Origin: Candidatus Yonathbacteria bacterium
GTDB lineage: Bacteria > Patescibacteriota > Minisyncoccia > Phycocordibacterales > UBA1550
Direction: 5' to 3'
Assembly: GCA_003483855.1 (NCBI GenBank)
Contig: DMXP01000005.1
Location: forward strand, 29,202 to 93,201
DNA: 64,000 nt
The notes under the pieces are model-generated. The model saw only the letters and a list, made by a program, of their open reading frames with translations. It had not been told where the DNA came from and did no database searches. The position numbers and the translations under genes are program-made. This document shows, piece by piece, positions 52,626 to 62,210 of this stretch (its first letter is position 1; each line of letters begins with the position of its first letter).

Positions 52626-53810
52626 TTAAATTAAATCGCTCTGCGCTTGCGATTCACGGAGGAATGGTACGAGACGAATGATTTCATTCGCCACGTGCGC
52701 AATATCCTCATTTTTTGTTTCCCTTCCGAGTGAAAAGCGGATTGAGCCTGATTCACCTTCATTTGCTTCGCCTATCGCCATTATAACATGAGACGGTCCA
52801 CCATCTGAACTCTTGCAAGCACTCTTCCCAGACACCGCAACCCCAGAAGCATCAAGGTAAAGCACGAGCGCTTCACTATCCACTCCGTCAAACGAAATGT
52901 TCAAAATATTTGGCAAACTGTGTTCAAGAGAGCCGTTCACACTTGTGCCTGAAACTTTCTTAAGAATCTTCGTAGCGAGCGCGTCGCGAAGGATAACCAC
53001 GCGCTTCCCTTCTTTCGCGCTCATTTTTTGCGCCTCCTGTAGGGCCTCTGCGAACCCTCTAGCAAGGGCAACGGCTTCCGTGCCTGGACGACGACCGCCT
53101 TCATGTTCACCGCCGTACATTTGCGAAAGCAAATTAACTCCGCGTTTTACAAATAGCGCGCCGATACCGCGTGGGCCGTATGTCTTGCCAGAAGAAATGG
53201 TCATCAAGTCTACACCAAGGCGTAGCACGTTGATGTCCAAGTAGTTCCCTGCTTGCGCGGCGTCTGTATGAAAATATGGGTACGCGCTTCCGTTCATTTT
53301 CCTTGCATGGCGAATTTCTTTTGCAACATCAATAATCGGCTCAATCGTTCCGATTTCATTATTCGCATACATTATAGACACAAGAGCAGTTTCAGGAGTG
53401 ATAAGTTTCCGCAGCTCTCTCGTGTCCACCAGCCCGCGACTATCAACAGGGAGATAATCCACCTGAATCCCAGCAGATTCAAATGCTCTCGCAAGTCCAA
53501 TAACCGATGCGTGCTCAATAGCAGATACAATGATACGTGGTTTCGCAATTCCACAAGCGCGCACCACACCGCTTATCGCCAAATTGTTCGCCTCGGTCGC
53601 GCTACTCGTGAAAACAATCTCATCTGGACGCGCGGACAAACATTCAGCAATTCCGGCACGAGCCGTCTCGAGGACGGCTCGTGCCGACCTGCCCTCCTTA
53701 TGAATCCCACTCGGGTTCCCTGGAAACTTTTTTGTCGCTTCAACAACCGCGCGCAAAGCCGTGGCACTCACCGGCATCGCCGAAGCATAATCCATGTAGA
53801 TTCTTTTCAT
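52626..53810 (-). CDS. iscS: Cysteine desulfurase (IscS/NifS type)
   Basis: YMDYAS, NNEIG, HTDAAQ, KTYGPRG and SAC motifs. Confidence 0.93.
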   Translation of the reverse strand: MKRIYMDYASAMPVSATALRAVVEATKKFPGNPSGIHKEGRSARAVLETARAGIAECLSARPDEIVFTSSATEANNLAISGVVRACGIAKPRIIVSAIEHASVIGLARAFESAGIQVDYLPVDSRGLVDTRELRKLITPETALVSIMYANNEIGTIEPIIDVAKEIRHARKMNGSAYPYFHTDAAQAGNYLDINVLRLGVDLMTISSGKTYGPRGIGALFVKRGVNLLSQMYGGEHEGGRRPGTEAVALARGFAEALQEAQKMSAKEGKRVVILRDALATKILKKVSGTSVNGSLEHSLPNILNISFDGVDSEALVLYLDASGVAVSGKSACKSSDGGPSHVIMAIGEANEGESGSIRFSLGRETKNEDIAHVANEIIRLVPFLRESQAQSDLI

Positions 53811-53923
53811 CCCGACATCATATCCCGCGAGTCAATTGTTTTCAATAGTTGAACCCAACCTTGGTCTTTCTGGCGAGGCGGTCTTCCTATTTACCAGCAA
53901 TGCAAAATAAGCATTGGGTTCCC

Positions 53924-54084
53924 CTCCTTGGCGAGGAATGTCTCTTGTGCGGGGACTTGCGAAAGCGACGGCTTGAGCACGAGGACGATTTAGCAAAATC
54001 GCACCTTGGGCTTTTCTAAAATAAATATCCGTACCTCATTCACCAGAATGACCTACGGGCAAGTCCACAAGACGACATCCGAGC
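53924..54084. mobile_element. MITE-like family C, copy 2
   Basis: Colinear with 35070-35229 (CACGAGGACGATTTAG.AAAATCGC, AAATATCCGTACC, CACAAGACG). Confidence 0.7.
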
Positions 54085-54121
54085 AGTTTTTGCAAAAATC
54101 CTTAAAATGTGGTACATTTTC

Positions 54122-54281
54122 GGAACCTCCTCTCTAAAATAGTGCTGAGATGAAAGGTTTTAATTTCGTAGCGAGAATTTCAAGACGCGAAGAGGTGAAG
54201 CGAGCTTCATTGATGAGTGCCTTGAAATTTGTAGTAGAAATTTAAGCCTTATCAGCCAGCAATATTTTAGAGGGCGGTTCC
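54122..54281 (+). repeat. 160-bp imperfect hairpin forming the 5' leader of the DUF4446-infB unit
   Basis: GGAACC..CTCTAAAATA / TATTTTAGAG..GGTTCC; TTGCAA-17-TACATT promoter immediately upstream. Confidence 0.65.
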
Positions 54282-54285
54282 TAAT

Positions 54286-54753
54286 ATGACACCAGAAGCT
54301 CTACAAATAACCGTTATCGTATTGAGCGTTATCATGATAGCGCTCTCTGCATTGGTTTTTGTATTAGAGCGTCGTATGAAAAAGCTACTCGCGGGGAAAG
54401 ACGCATTGAGTCTTGAGGAAACAATTGTAGCCCTGGGCAAAGACATTCGCGCTCTGGAAAAGTTTCAGTCAGATACGGAGAACTACATTACTGATTCAAA
54501 CAGACGCATCAAGCGAAGCATTCAAGGTGTTGAGACAATTCGTTTCAACGCTTTCAAAGGCAACGGTGAAGGAGGAAACCAAAGTTTCGCAATCGCGCTC
54601 CTGTCTGAAAATGGCGATGGAACGGTAATCTCCTCCCTCTTCGCTCGCGACCGAATGAGCATCTTTGCAAAGCCCATCAAAAACTTCACTTCCGAACTTG
54701 AAATGACAGACGAAGAAAAGGACGCGGTCAAACGCGCGACACCGAATCAGTAG
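54286..54753 (+). CDS. DUF4446 family protein
   Basis: N-terminal TM helix; RFNAF...GGNQSFAIALL...G.VISSL..R...FAKPI. Confidence 0.8.
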   Translation: MTPEALQITVIVLSVIMIALSALVFVLERRMKKLLAGKDALSLEETIVALGKDIRALEKFQSDTENYITDSNRRIKRSIQGVETIRFNAFKGNGEGGNQSFAIALLSENGDGTVISSLFARDRMSIFAKPIKNFTSELEMTDEEKDAVKRATPNQ

Positions 54754-54819
54754 ATTCGCGTCTTGGACGTAAAATTAATAAGTTCCTCATACGTTCGCGT
54801 TTGTATTTTCATTTTTTTT

Positions 54820-56355
54820 ATGACAAAAAATTCCACATCAAAAATAATTCCACGTCCGCCCATTGTTGTTATCATGGGGCATATTGACCATGGAAAGTCA
54901 TCGCTCCTTGACTACGTCCGCAAGACAAACGTTGTTGAGGGAGAAGCTGGTGGCATTACTCAGCACATTTCTGCATACGAGGTGTCACACCATCTTGACC
55001 AAACGCGAAAAGATGCGCTCGCGAGCAACCGCATCACTTTTCTAGATACTCCGGGGCACGAAGCTTTTTCAAAAATGCGCGCTCGTGGCGCAGGGGTAGC
55101 GGACATTGCTATTCTTGTAGTCTCAGCAGAAGACGGTGTGAAGGAGCAAACAAAAGAGGCGCTTCGTTCTATTAAAGAGGCCGGCATCCCGTACATTGTC
55201 GCCATCAATAAAATAGACAAGCCAAACGCAAACATTGAGCGCACAAAACAAAATCTCGCTGAGAACGAAATCTATCTTGAGGGATTCGGCGGTGACGTGC
55301 CATTCGTACCAATCTCTGCAAAGCTCGGCACCGGTGTGCCAGACCTTTTGGATATGATGCTTCTTGTTGCAGAAATGGAGAACCTTACAGGCGACACATC
55401 GCTTCCAGCAGAAGGAATTGTGGTGGAGTCAAACATTGATACAAAACGTGGCACATCCGCAACTCTCATCATTACAAATGGCACACTCAAAAAAGGAATG
55501 TTCATTCTCGCAGAGGAAAGCATGTCCCCTGTGCGCGTGATTGAAAACTTTCTAGGCAAGCAAGTTTCCGAAGCAACATTCTCATCCCCTGTTCAGATTA
55601 CCGGCTTTGACGCTCTCCCTGCTGTAGGAAGCACTTTCCGCGCGTACGCAAACAAAAAAGATGCTGAGAAGGTTCAGCTTGAACTCAGGGAAGCAAAGAG
55701 CAAGGAAAAAGTGAAGGAGATTGTGCGGACAATCCCGCTCGCAGACGACGCGCTTGTCGTGCCTATTGTTTTGAAATCAGACGTCGCAGGTACCCTTGAA
55801 GCGATTGAAAAAGAACTTGCTAAAATTGAGCGCGAGCGTGTTGTAATAAAAATCATCGCGAAGGGTGTCGGCACTATCGGTGAAAACGACGCGAAGCTCG
55901 CTTCTGGTTCAGACAGCGCCATCATCATTGGCTTCCACACAAAGGTAGAGCGTGGCGCACAAGATATTGCGGAGCGCTTTGGCATCACTATCAAAACTTT
56001 TGATATCATCTACAAACTTTCAGAGTGGTTAAACGAGGAGCTAGATCGTCGCACACCTAAAGTTATGGGCGAGGAAGTTGTTGGTATGGCAAAAATTCTC
56101 AAAACATTCAGCGCCACAAAGCACAAGCAGGTTATTGGTGGAAAGGTAACTTCAGGCACGCTTGAAGTTGGCGCGCAGGTAAAGATTATGCGTCGCGATG
56201 TTGAAATCGGTCGCGGAAAAATTGAAGGTCTCCAAGCGCAAAAACTTCCAGCGAAAAAAGTTGAGGAAGGAAACGAGTGCGGAATGATGATAGACGGAAA
56301 AATTGAAATTGCCGGCGGTGACGTGCTTGAAGCTTTTGTGATGAACGCCAAATAA
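54820..56355 (+). CDS. infB: Translation initiation factor IF-2 (short form)
   Basis: [26 protein letters not shown] and NKID motifs; start set at MTKNS. Confidence 0.97.
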   Translation: MTKNSTSKIIPRPPIVVIMGHIDHGKSSLLDYVRKTNVVEGEAGGITQHISAYEVSHHLDQTRKDALASNRITFLDTPGHEAFSKMRARGAGVADIAILVVSAEDGVKEQTKEALRSIKEAGIPYIVAINKIDKPNANIERTKQNLAENEIYLEGFGGDVPFVPISAKLGTGVPDLLDMMLLVAEMENLTGDTSLPAEGIVVESNIDTKRGTSATLIITNGTLKKGMFILAEESMSPVRVIENFLGKQVSEATFSSPVQITGFDALPAVGSTFRAYANKKDAEKVQLELREAKSKEKVKEIVRTIPLADDALVVPIVLKSDVAGTLEAIEKELAKIERERVVIKIIAKGVGTIGENDAKLASGSDSAIIIGFHTKVERGAQDIAERFGITIKTFDIIYKLSEWLNEELDRRTPKVMGEEVVGMAKILKTFSATKHKQVIGGKVTSGTLEVGAQVKIMRRDVEIGRGKIEGLQAQKLPAKKVEEGNECGMMIDGKIEIAGGDVLEAFVMNAK

Positions 56356-56364
56356 AGGCCACTC

Positions 56365-56459
56365 GCTAAATTCTTTTTAGGGTACGACTTTTTTGAAGCT
56401 TAAAAAAATCTGAAGTTTTCGCGCCGTCGCGCTCAAAACCCCCTAAAAAGCAATTTAGC
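56365..56459. repeat. Intergenic long inverted repeat
   Basis: GCTAAATTCTTTTTAGGG / CCCTAAAAAGCAATTTAGC. Confidence 0.55.
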
Positions 56460-56526
56460 TCGCTCTGAGTTAGGGGAGCCGACTTAAATTACGAATTGTG
56501 GTAGTATAAAAAATAATAAGAAAATC

Positions 56527-56853
56527 ATGACCACTCCAAGACAAGACAAAATGCGCGCATTCCTACGCGCCATCGCCGCAGACTTTTTCACTCGTGAAGC
56601 TGGAAAAAACTCGCTCATCACAGTGACAGATGCGACCATCTCCCCCGACTTCAAACGTGGGACAATTTACTTTACCTGCTTCCCCACAAGCGAGGAAGAG
56701 AAGGCTCTTGATTTCGCAAAACGAAAGCGCACCGAACTCCGTGAATACATCAAAGATCATGCGCATTTAAAAAATCTTCCAGTGCTTGAAGTAAAGATAG
56801 ATGAAGGCGAACGAAACCGCCAGAGAATTGACGAGTTGGGACAACAAGGCTAA
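56527..56853 (+). CDS. rbfA: Ribosome-binding factor A
   Basis: ITVTD..ISPD...P.L....D; follows infB. Confidence 0.9.
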   Translation: MTTPRQDKMRAFLRAIAADFFTREAGKNSLITVTDATISPDFKRGTIYFTCFPTSEEEKALDFAKRKRTELREYIKDHAHLKNLPVLEVKIDEGERNRQRIDELGQQG

Positions 56854-56894
56854 GATAGGCAGGTGCTTAGGTTTAAGATCCACAAATAGGGAAC

Positions 56895-57047
56895 ATGGCA
56901 ATAAAACCAAAGTGTGATAAATGTAAAGAAGAACTCAAAGATTTTGGTGGCATTTTATTAAGTCCGCCTGACAAAAAAGATATGGTTAGGAAATTTCATT
57001 TGTGCCAAAAGTGTTACAAAGAAATCTCAAATGAGTTAAAAAATTAA
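56895..57047 (+). CDS. 50-aa zinc-finger-like protein
   Basis: MAIKPKCDKC...LSPP...HLCQKCY; not in the ORF track. Confidence 0.7.
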   Translation: MAIKPKCDKCKEELKDFGGILLSPPDKKDMVRKFHLCQKCYKEISNELKN

Positions 57048-57080
57048 GGTTTACGTCCAAGACGTGAATCAGCTGATTCA

Positions 57081-57152
57081 GGCGTGGTAGCCAAGTGGTA
57101 AGGCAGTGGTTTGCAAAACCTCTACACGCGAGTTCGATTCTCGCCCACGCCT
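57081..57152 (+). tRNA. tRNA-Cys(GCA)
   Basis: Cloverleaf, anticodon loop TTGCAAA, U73. Confidence 0.95.
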
Positions 57153-57403
57153 CAAAGAAAATTCTGTTAAGAATTTTCTTGGCGTGGGAGCAGGTAAACT
57201 GCTTTGCCTGCGTCGGGTCCTAAATTTCGCACAACTTTGTTGTGCGAAATCTTACGACATGATTTTTGAAGCGCAAAAATCAGAATCGAAGGGCGGAGCA
57301 TGTCGCTTGCGACAGCGAGCCGGGGTCGCGAACACTTTGTAGTTTTCAAGCGAAGCGAAGAAAAATACTTAGTGATTCGTGACCGAGAGCGCCCACGCCT
57401 CAA
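57153..57403 (+). mobile_element. tRNA-Cys-linked element
   Basis: Split anti-tRNA copy (GGCGTGGG at 57181, AGAATCGAA at ~57282), core, 14-bp direct repeat 57390-57403 = 57142-57155. Confidence 0.75.
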
Positions 57404-57418
57404 GAAACAATTAAATAC

Positions 57419-57499
57419 GTCCGGGTGGTGGAATGGTATACACAGGAGACTTAAAATTTCCCGCCGTAAGGCTTATGGGTTCGAGTCCCATCCCGGACA
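57419..57499 (+). tRNA. tRNA-Leu(TAA)
   Basis: Cloverleaf, anticodon loop CTTAAAA. Confidence 0.95.
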
Positions 57500-57721
57500 C
57501 AAAATTAACAAGCGGAAAGCGATAGCTTTTTGCGACTGTAATTTTGTAGTCCGGGATGGGACTCGAAAGCCGGAGGCGGGCACCTTGTGTAATCACAAGG
57601 TCGCTGAGGCGGGGTCGCGAGTACTTAGGAGCGAAGCGACTTAGTAACTCGGGCCAAGCTTAGGGCCAAGCCCCGAATTTGTTAATTCGAAATCTGCTGA
57701 TTCGTGACCGCGGACCATCCC
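57500..57721 (+). mobile_element. tRNA-Leu(TAA)-linked element
   Basis: 19-bp perfect anti-tRNA copy at 57549-57567, core, direct repeat CCATCCC at 57715-57721. Confidence 0.8.
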
Positions 57722-57807
57722 TGTATTACCAAACAAGATTTGCCGAGCAAGCTAGTCCAATTGTAACAAACAAAAACACCCATAAGGGGTGTCTATGTTT
57801 ATATTTG

Positions 57808-57890
57808 TGCCGAGGAGAGGACTTGAACCTCCATGGGTTAACCCCGCTTGCTCCTAAGGCAAGTGCGTCTACCAATTTCGCCACCTCGGC
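57808..57890 (-). tRNA. tRNA-Leu(TAG)
   Basis: Cloverleaf, anticodon loop CTTAGGA. Confidence 0.95.
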
Positions 57891-57901
57891 ACTTCGCCCT
57901 G

Positions 57902-57974
57902 TGCACCCAGTAGGATTCGAACCTACGACCGTCTCGTTAAGAGCGAGCTGCTCTACCAACTGAGCTATGGGTGC
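57902..57974 (-). tRNA. tRNA-Lys(CTT)
   Basis: Cloverleaf, anticodon loop CTCTTAA. Confidence 0.93.
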
Positions 57975-58028
57975 ATGTAGAAAGCATTATACACAAAAAC
58001 TGGAAAATTAAAAGACGTTTTTGTTTTG

Positions 58029-58113
58029 TGCTGGAGGGCGGGACTTGAACCCGCATAAGCTTACGCTCGTAGCGTTCTGAACACTATGTGTATACCAATT
58101 TCACCACTCCAGC
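58029..58113 (-). tRNA. tRNA-Leu(CAG)
   Basis: Cloverleaf, anticodon loop TTCAGAA. Confidence 0.94.
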
Positions 58114-58270
58114 AAAATTTTATCTTTTTGAATATCCCAAATTTTACCATATTTCCCAAGCCTTCCACGTCGTACGTGCGGGCTTGACTTTTTCATCAAA
58201 ATCCTATATAATATAAAAAGGTTACAGATCTTTGATAATTGCAAATTAAACTTACTTATAGGAGGTTCAA

Positions 58271-59308
58271 ATGGACATAATAATCATAGTGCTTCTGTTG
58301 GTTGCAATTTGGTATCTCGCGCAACTGACAGTCTGGCTTTGTGCCAGCATTGGTATCTTTTGGATTACACCAAAAGAAGGAACCGCTGTTGCCATTATGC
58401 GCAACAAAAAATTCCATAAAATGTTGCTACGCTACACTGGTCACCACTTTAAAAGCCAGCGCAGCGCTTATAAACCGTCAGAAAACAATCTTGATGGATA
58501 CGAAATTGAGCAAGAAGAAATTTCTGAAGAAATTTCTATGTTTACTTCTATCGTCTTCCCTATCCGCGGAGTTTCGTGGATAGGCATCCCGCCATTTTAC
58601 AGCGTGTACAGTTACAAATTTAAATGGATGGATGACAGGTTCGTAATGCGTGATCCAGAAGAGATTGAGTGGATCCTCGTGCAAAAATATGTCTATGGCC
58701 TCGTTCTAGACAATATTGAGCTTGAAGGAGGAATCCCTTACACAATCAAACTTCTAATTACACTTCAGGTTACAAATCCGGCAAAGGCTTTATTTCGTGT
58801 TAAACGTTGGCTTGATGCAACAATGGAAAGAGTCTCTGGTTGGTCGCGAGATGAATTCTCCACTTTGTCCATAGATGACTTCGTTGTAGCAGAAGGCGAC
58901 AGGGAAATGGCGGAGTCAGAAGGTCATGCTGGGCCGAGACTTGAAAGAGCTCTCAAAAGGATAATGAATTCTGCAGAAAAAGACATAGAGCCAGAGTTTG
59001 GCATTGACATCAGCATTGTTCAGGTTGTAGAAATAGACCCTGCCAATGATGAGATGCGAAAAATCATTATCCAAAGAGAAGTAGCGAAGCAACAAGCTGC
59101 GGCGGTAATTGAAAAAGCAAAAGGCGAAGCGGAGGCGATAAACATTGTCAATGCTGCGGCGGAAAAAATGAGCGACAAAGCAATGATGCTCAAGGGATTC
59201 CACGCAATTGAAAACGCTGGAGCAAATGTAACGCTTATCGGGAAGGATCTTAATCTTCCCTCAATGCTTCAAATTCCAACATCTAACAAAGAAGGAGGTG
59301 CTAAATGA
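58271..59308 (+). CDS. SPFH/band-7 domain membrane protein
   Basis: N-terminal TM helix; VTNPAKALF...FGIDI..V.V.EIDP; AKGEAEA coiled coil; GGAGG SD. Confidence 0.75.
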   Translation: MDIIIIVLLLVAIWYLAQLTVWLCASIGIFWITPKEGTAVAIMRNKKFHKMLLRYTGHHFKSQRSAYKPSENNLDGYEIEQEEISEEISMFTSIVFPIRGVSWIGIPPFYSVYSYKFKWMDDRFVMRDPEEIEWILVQKYVYGLVLDNIELEGGIPYTIKLLITLQVTNPAKALFRVKRWLDATMERVSGWSRDEFSTLSIDDFVVAEGDREMAESEGHAGPRLERALKRIMNSAEKDIEPEFGIDISIVQVVEIDPANDEMRKIIIQREVAKQQAAAVIEKAKGEAEAINIVNAAAEKMSDKAMMLKGFHAIENAGANVTLIGKDLNLPSMLQIPTSNKEGGAK

Positions 59309-60138
59309 TTAACAGTTTGTTGTGGATATTGTTGATTCTGGTAATTGTGACTGCCTCTTTGGGGTCACTTTACTTTTTGAAATTCAACAAGTCAGCACCT
59401 GCAGTAGGTGGCAATTCATCGCAACCAAAACAACCAACCGCCATAGGCAAGATCTATGCTGGATGGGGTAAAATGACGCCAGGCTCAAAAAAAAGGGTTT
59501 GGCTCATCGTCCTTTCTGTCATAGCGATGTTGGTTGCCGCAGCGTCAATGCCAAAATCAATTGCAGCAGAAAGTTCCCCAGAAAATGTCTATCTCTGGGC
59601 GGGTATTATTGCCCTTTTGGGGGTTCACTTTGTCTGGGCAGTCTACTCGTTTAGCGAAAAAGTAAGCTGGATGGAAACAACAATTCTATACGGCATCATT
59701 TTCTTCTACGGGTTAACGTTGGTATTTCCGCAAGTTGTGCCGATACGTGATGCTTTATGGGGTCTAACAAATAAAGCATTAACGGATGCGCAGGAGGTAA
59801 TAGTATCCGCTAACGAAAAATACGGGGAAACACCTTCTGCTCCACAAGTACAGCAGTCAGCAAGCGCGCCAGCGGTGTATCAGCCACAGACACGAGTGAT
59901 TGAGATGACGGCCACCGAGGATGAATTCACGGAAGTGAAAATACCTTCGGGTGTACATTTCTCAATAGACTGTCCTGATGACGGGCTTGCAAAAGTCTTT
60001 CATCGTGATGCGCAACAAGGAATCATCTATGATTGCGCGCAGACTGTTGAGGTTGGCGAAAACCTGCACAACTTCCGTATTGGATTCTCTTCAAAAACGG
60101 AAACTCCTGTGTTGGTGCGAGTTCGCATCACATCGTAG
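59305..60138 (+). CDS. Multi-TM hypothetical protein coupled to the SPFH gene
   Basis: ATGA overlap, AGGAGGT SD, four hydrophobic segments, soluble C-terminal domain. Confidence 0.7.
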   Translation: MINSLLWILLILVIVTASLGSLYFLKFNKSAPAVGGNSSQPKQPTAIGKIYAGWGKMTPGSKKRVWLIVLSVIAMLVAAASMPKSIAAESSPENVYLWAGIIALLGVHFVWAVYSFSEKVSWMETTILYGIIFFYGLTLVFPQVVPIRDALWGLTNKALTDAQEVIVSANEKYGETPSAPQVQQSASAPAVYQPQTRVIEMTATEDEFTEVKIPSGVHFSIDCPDDGLAKVFHRDAQQGIIYDCAQTVEVGENLHNFRIGFSSKTETPVLVRVRITS

Positions 60139-60283
60139 ACTTAATTTGCAATTCAACTCAAAAGCCCACAGAGCAATCTGTGGGCTTTTTTCTTTACCCG
60201 CTTAAGTTTTCTGCTTGCCTGTCCTGATTTCATTGAAACCCAGGTAGATAAGAAAATTTTGGCGGGTTTGTGTTTACCCAAAC

Positions 60284-60526
60284 CTATCTGGAGAACCCCA
60301 TCACAAACTCATTGATGAAGTTTAGTATCCCCCACACGCTGAGCATAATAGAAAGACCAATAACTCCCCACATCATATGTTTCTTTCCTTCTTGTTGAGC
60401 GTCCTCACTACTTTGGTCCTTTACAAACTTCATTACTCCATACAGAAAATATCCTACAGCCAAAGCCATAAGTAGCATCACTATCGGCTGAAGGATAGCG
60501 TCGTTAATTTTCTGAATGATGTTCAT
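60284..60526 (-). CDS. VirB2/TrbC-like pilin
   Basis: Two TM helices around GKKHMMWGVIGL. Confidence 0.7.
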   Translation of the reverse strand: MNIIQKINDAILQPIVMLLMALAVGYFLYGVMKFVKDQSSEDAQQEGKKHMMWGVIGLSIMLSVWGILNFINEFVMGFSR

Positions 60527-60547
60527 TGTGAGCTTTTTTAACCTATA

Positions 60548-60895
60548 CTAGAGAGAAAGCGAAGGCGCGGTACGCGTAGTTGTGTCTAGCTTTGCTGAAG
60601 ATGTAAGAAAGTTTACTAGGCCCCAAATGGACACCATCACTGCAATACCGATAACACCGTATATCATTCCTCCTTGCTTTTCCTTGCGCGCCTCAGGGTC
60701 ACCAGCGGACATTACATAACCAAATACGTTCCAAAGAAAATACACAACAGCTCCAGCGAGAATAAGCACTGTTAATGTACTGAGTCCATCCTTCAAAAAT
60801 GCGATTAGCCCAGACACAGTGCTTGCCCCTTGCGCAATCTGCGCTCCTGCCACAAATGGTGTTAAAATGAAACCTAATGCAATAATCTTTTTCAT
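60548..60895 (-). CDS. VirB2/TrbC-like pilin
   Basis: Signal peptide; Y..SAGDPE...IYGVIGIAV. Confidence 0.75.
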   Translation of the reverse strand: MKKIIALGFILTPFVAGAQIAQGASTVSGLIAFLKDGLSTLTVLILAGAVVYFLWNVFGYVMSAGDPEARKEKQGGMIYGVIGIAVMVSIWGLVNFLTSSAKLDTTTRTAPSLSL

Positions 60896-60977
60896 ATTTA
60901 TATTTATATTTATTAATTTACCTACGATAATTAAGGCCCGCTCGTATGCATATTATTATACGAAACTTGTGAAAAAA

Positions 60978-61265
60978 CTACAATGGTCGTTCAAACCGCT
61001 CCAAATTGATGCGGTCTGAAGTGTTTAATTTGAGCGAACCAGTGACAAAGTTTACCAACCCCCACATAGACACCATTACAGTGATAGCAATAATGCCCCA
61101 CACCGCTTGTTTCTTCACTTTTGCAAGCTCCTCTGGGTTGTCGTTGTTCTTGTACACCCCCATCATGTTCCATAGGAAAAAAACCACAGCCACACCCAGA
61201 AAAATAGAGAAAAACGGCGTTATGACCGTGTTAATGATGTAGTTAATAAATTCCTTGAAATTCAT
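60978..61265 (-). CDS. VirB2/TrbC-like pilin
   Basis: KKQAVWGIIAITVMVSMW; start set at MNFKE. Confidence 0.7.
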   Translation of the reverse strand: MNFKEFINYIINTVITPFFSIFLGVAVVFFLWNMMGVYKNNDNPEELAKVKKQAVWGIIAITVMVSMWGLVNFVTGSLKLNTSDRINLERFERPL

Positions 61266-61270
61266 AATTA

Positions 61271-61756
61271 TTACTGGGTAAGCGTTGAAACAGTCTGCCC
61301 GATAATCTGCGCAAATCCCCACGCACCGAGGAGGATAAATGTGCCAATAATACTATACCAAAGGATATTTTTCGCTTCTGTTAATTTCGTGTCATTTCCT
61401 TGCGCGCTTACAAAAAGGAACCCAGAATAAATGAAGGCGAGGACGATAAATGGCATAAGCACCTGAACAGCGGTTTTTGTGACAGCGGTGGCAAACTGAG
61501 AGAACGTGGAATATTTTATTGGGTTTTGGAGTTTTGTGTTTGCGGAGAGGCCAGAAGTACCGCCTGAAGGCGCTGTACTTCCTGATGGCGCTGTACTTCC
61601 TGATATTGATGGAGCAGAATAACCGCTAGACATCACAGGGAGGGAACAATCAATACCAATGTAATCTGGATCGCCAGGAACGCACTGATCTGCCATTGCA
61701 AAAGAAGGGATTCCTATCAAAACAGCCAATAATGTCGCGCCAAATATTTTTTTCAT
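61271..61756 (-). CDS. VirB2/TrbC-like pilin with Ser/Gly/Thr repeats
   Basis: LQNPI...IYSGFLFVSAQGN...AK..LWYSIIG; 18-bp tandem repeat at 61569-61604. Confidence 0.8.
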   Translation of the reverse strand: MKKIFGATLLAVLIGIPSFAMADQCVPGDPDYIGIDCSLPVMSSGYSAPSISGSTAPSGSTAPSGGTSGLSANTKLQNPIKYSTFSQFATAVTKTAVQVLMPFIVLAFIYSGFLFVSAQGNDTKLTEAKNILWYSIIGTFILLGAWGFAQIIGQTVSTLTQ

Positions 61757-61777
61757 ATCCATAGTATATCTTATTTA

Positions 61778-62179
61778 TTATTGAAACATAAACTGCATAA
61801 AGCTTGCCTGTTCGTCAGTCAAAAACGCAAAGAGTACTGTCTTGATAAGGATATACGCCCCGAGCATCACAAGGAACCCTACGCCAACACCTTGGAAAAT
61901 ACCGGTTGCCTTAGTCTTTGCTTCTTCTTTTTTAGGATTTAATATTAACAAAGCCCCAGCATACATAAAGCGAAGTGCAGCTAAAGGCACCGCAACAGCA
62001 AAGATTAAGAACTTTATAACATTATTAACTAGCATAATCAGATCATCAAATCCACAGTCTGGACCGTTGCATGGGATGCCAACTTGCGCCCACGCAAACA
62101 CTGGAACTGCAAAAAAAGTAAGCGACAAAATCCACGCTATTATTTTTTGATTTTTCATTACAGAATTTGTATTTTGCAT
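61778..62179 (-). CDS. VirB2/TrbC-like pilin
   Basis: PCNGPDCGF..L...YAG...KA. Confidence 0.75.
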   Translation of the reverse strand: MQNTNSVMKNQKIIAWILSLTFFAVPVFAWAQVGIPCNGPDCGFDDLIMLVNNVIKFLIFAVAVPLAALRFMYAGALLILNPKKEEAKTKATGIFQGVGVGFLVMLGAYILIKTVLFAFLTDEQASFMQFMFQ

Positions 62180-62210
62180 ATTTAGTTCGCTAATTATTCT
62201 ATCGCATTAC

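Noticed and set aside
54985-55040. Repeat insertion in infB ([13 protein letters not shown])
   Set aside because: Only a weak palindrome with no clear second copy; this loop is naturally variable
57106-57963. Several short ORFs over the tRNA cluster
   Set aside because: They overlap tRNAs and repeat elements; spurious
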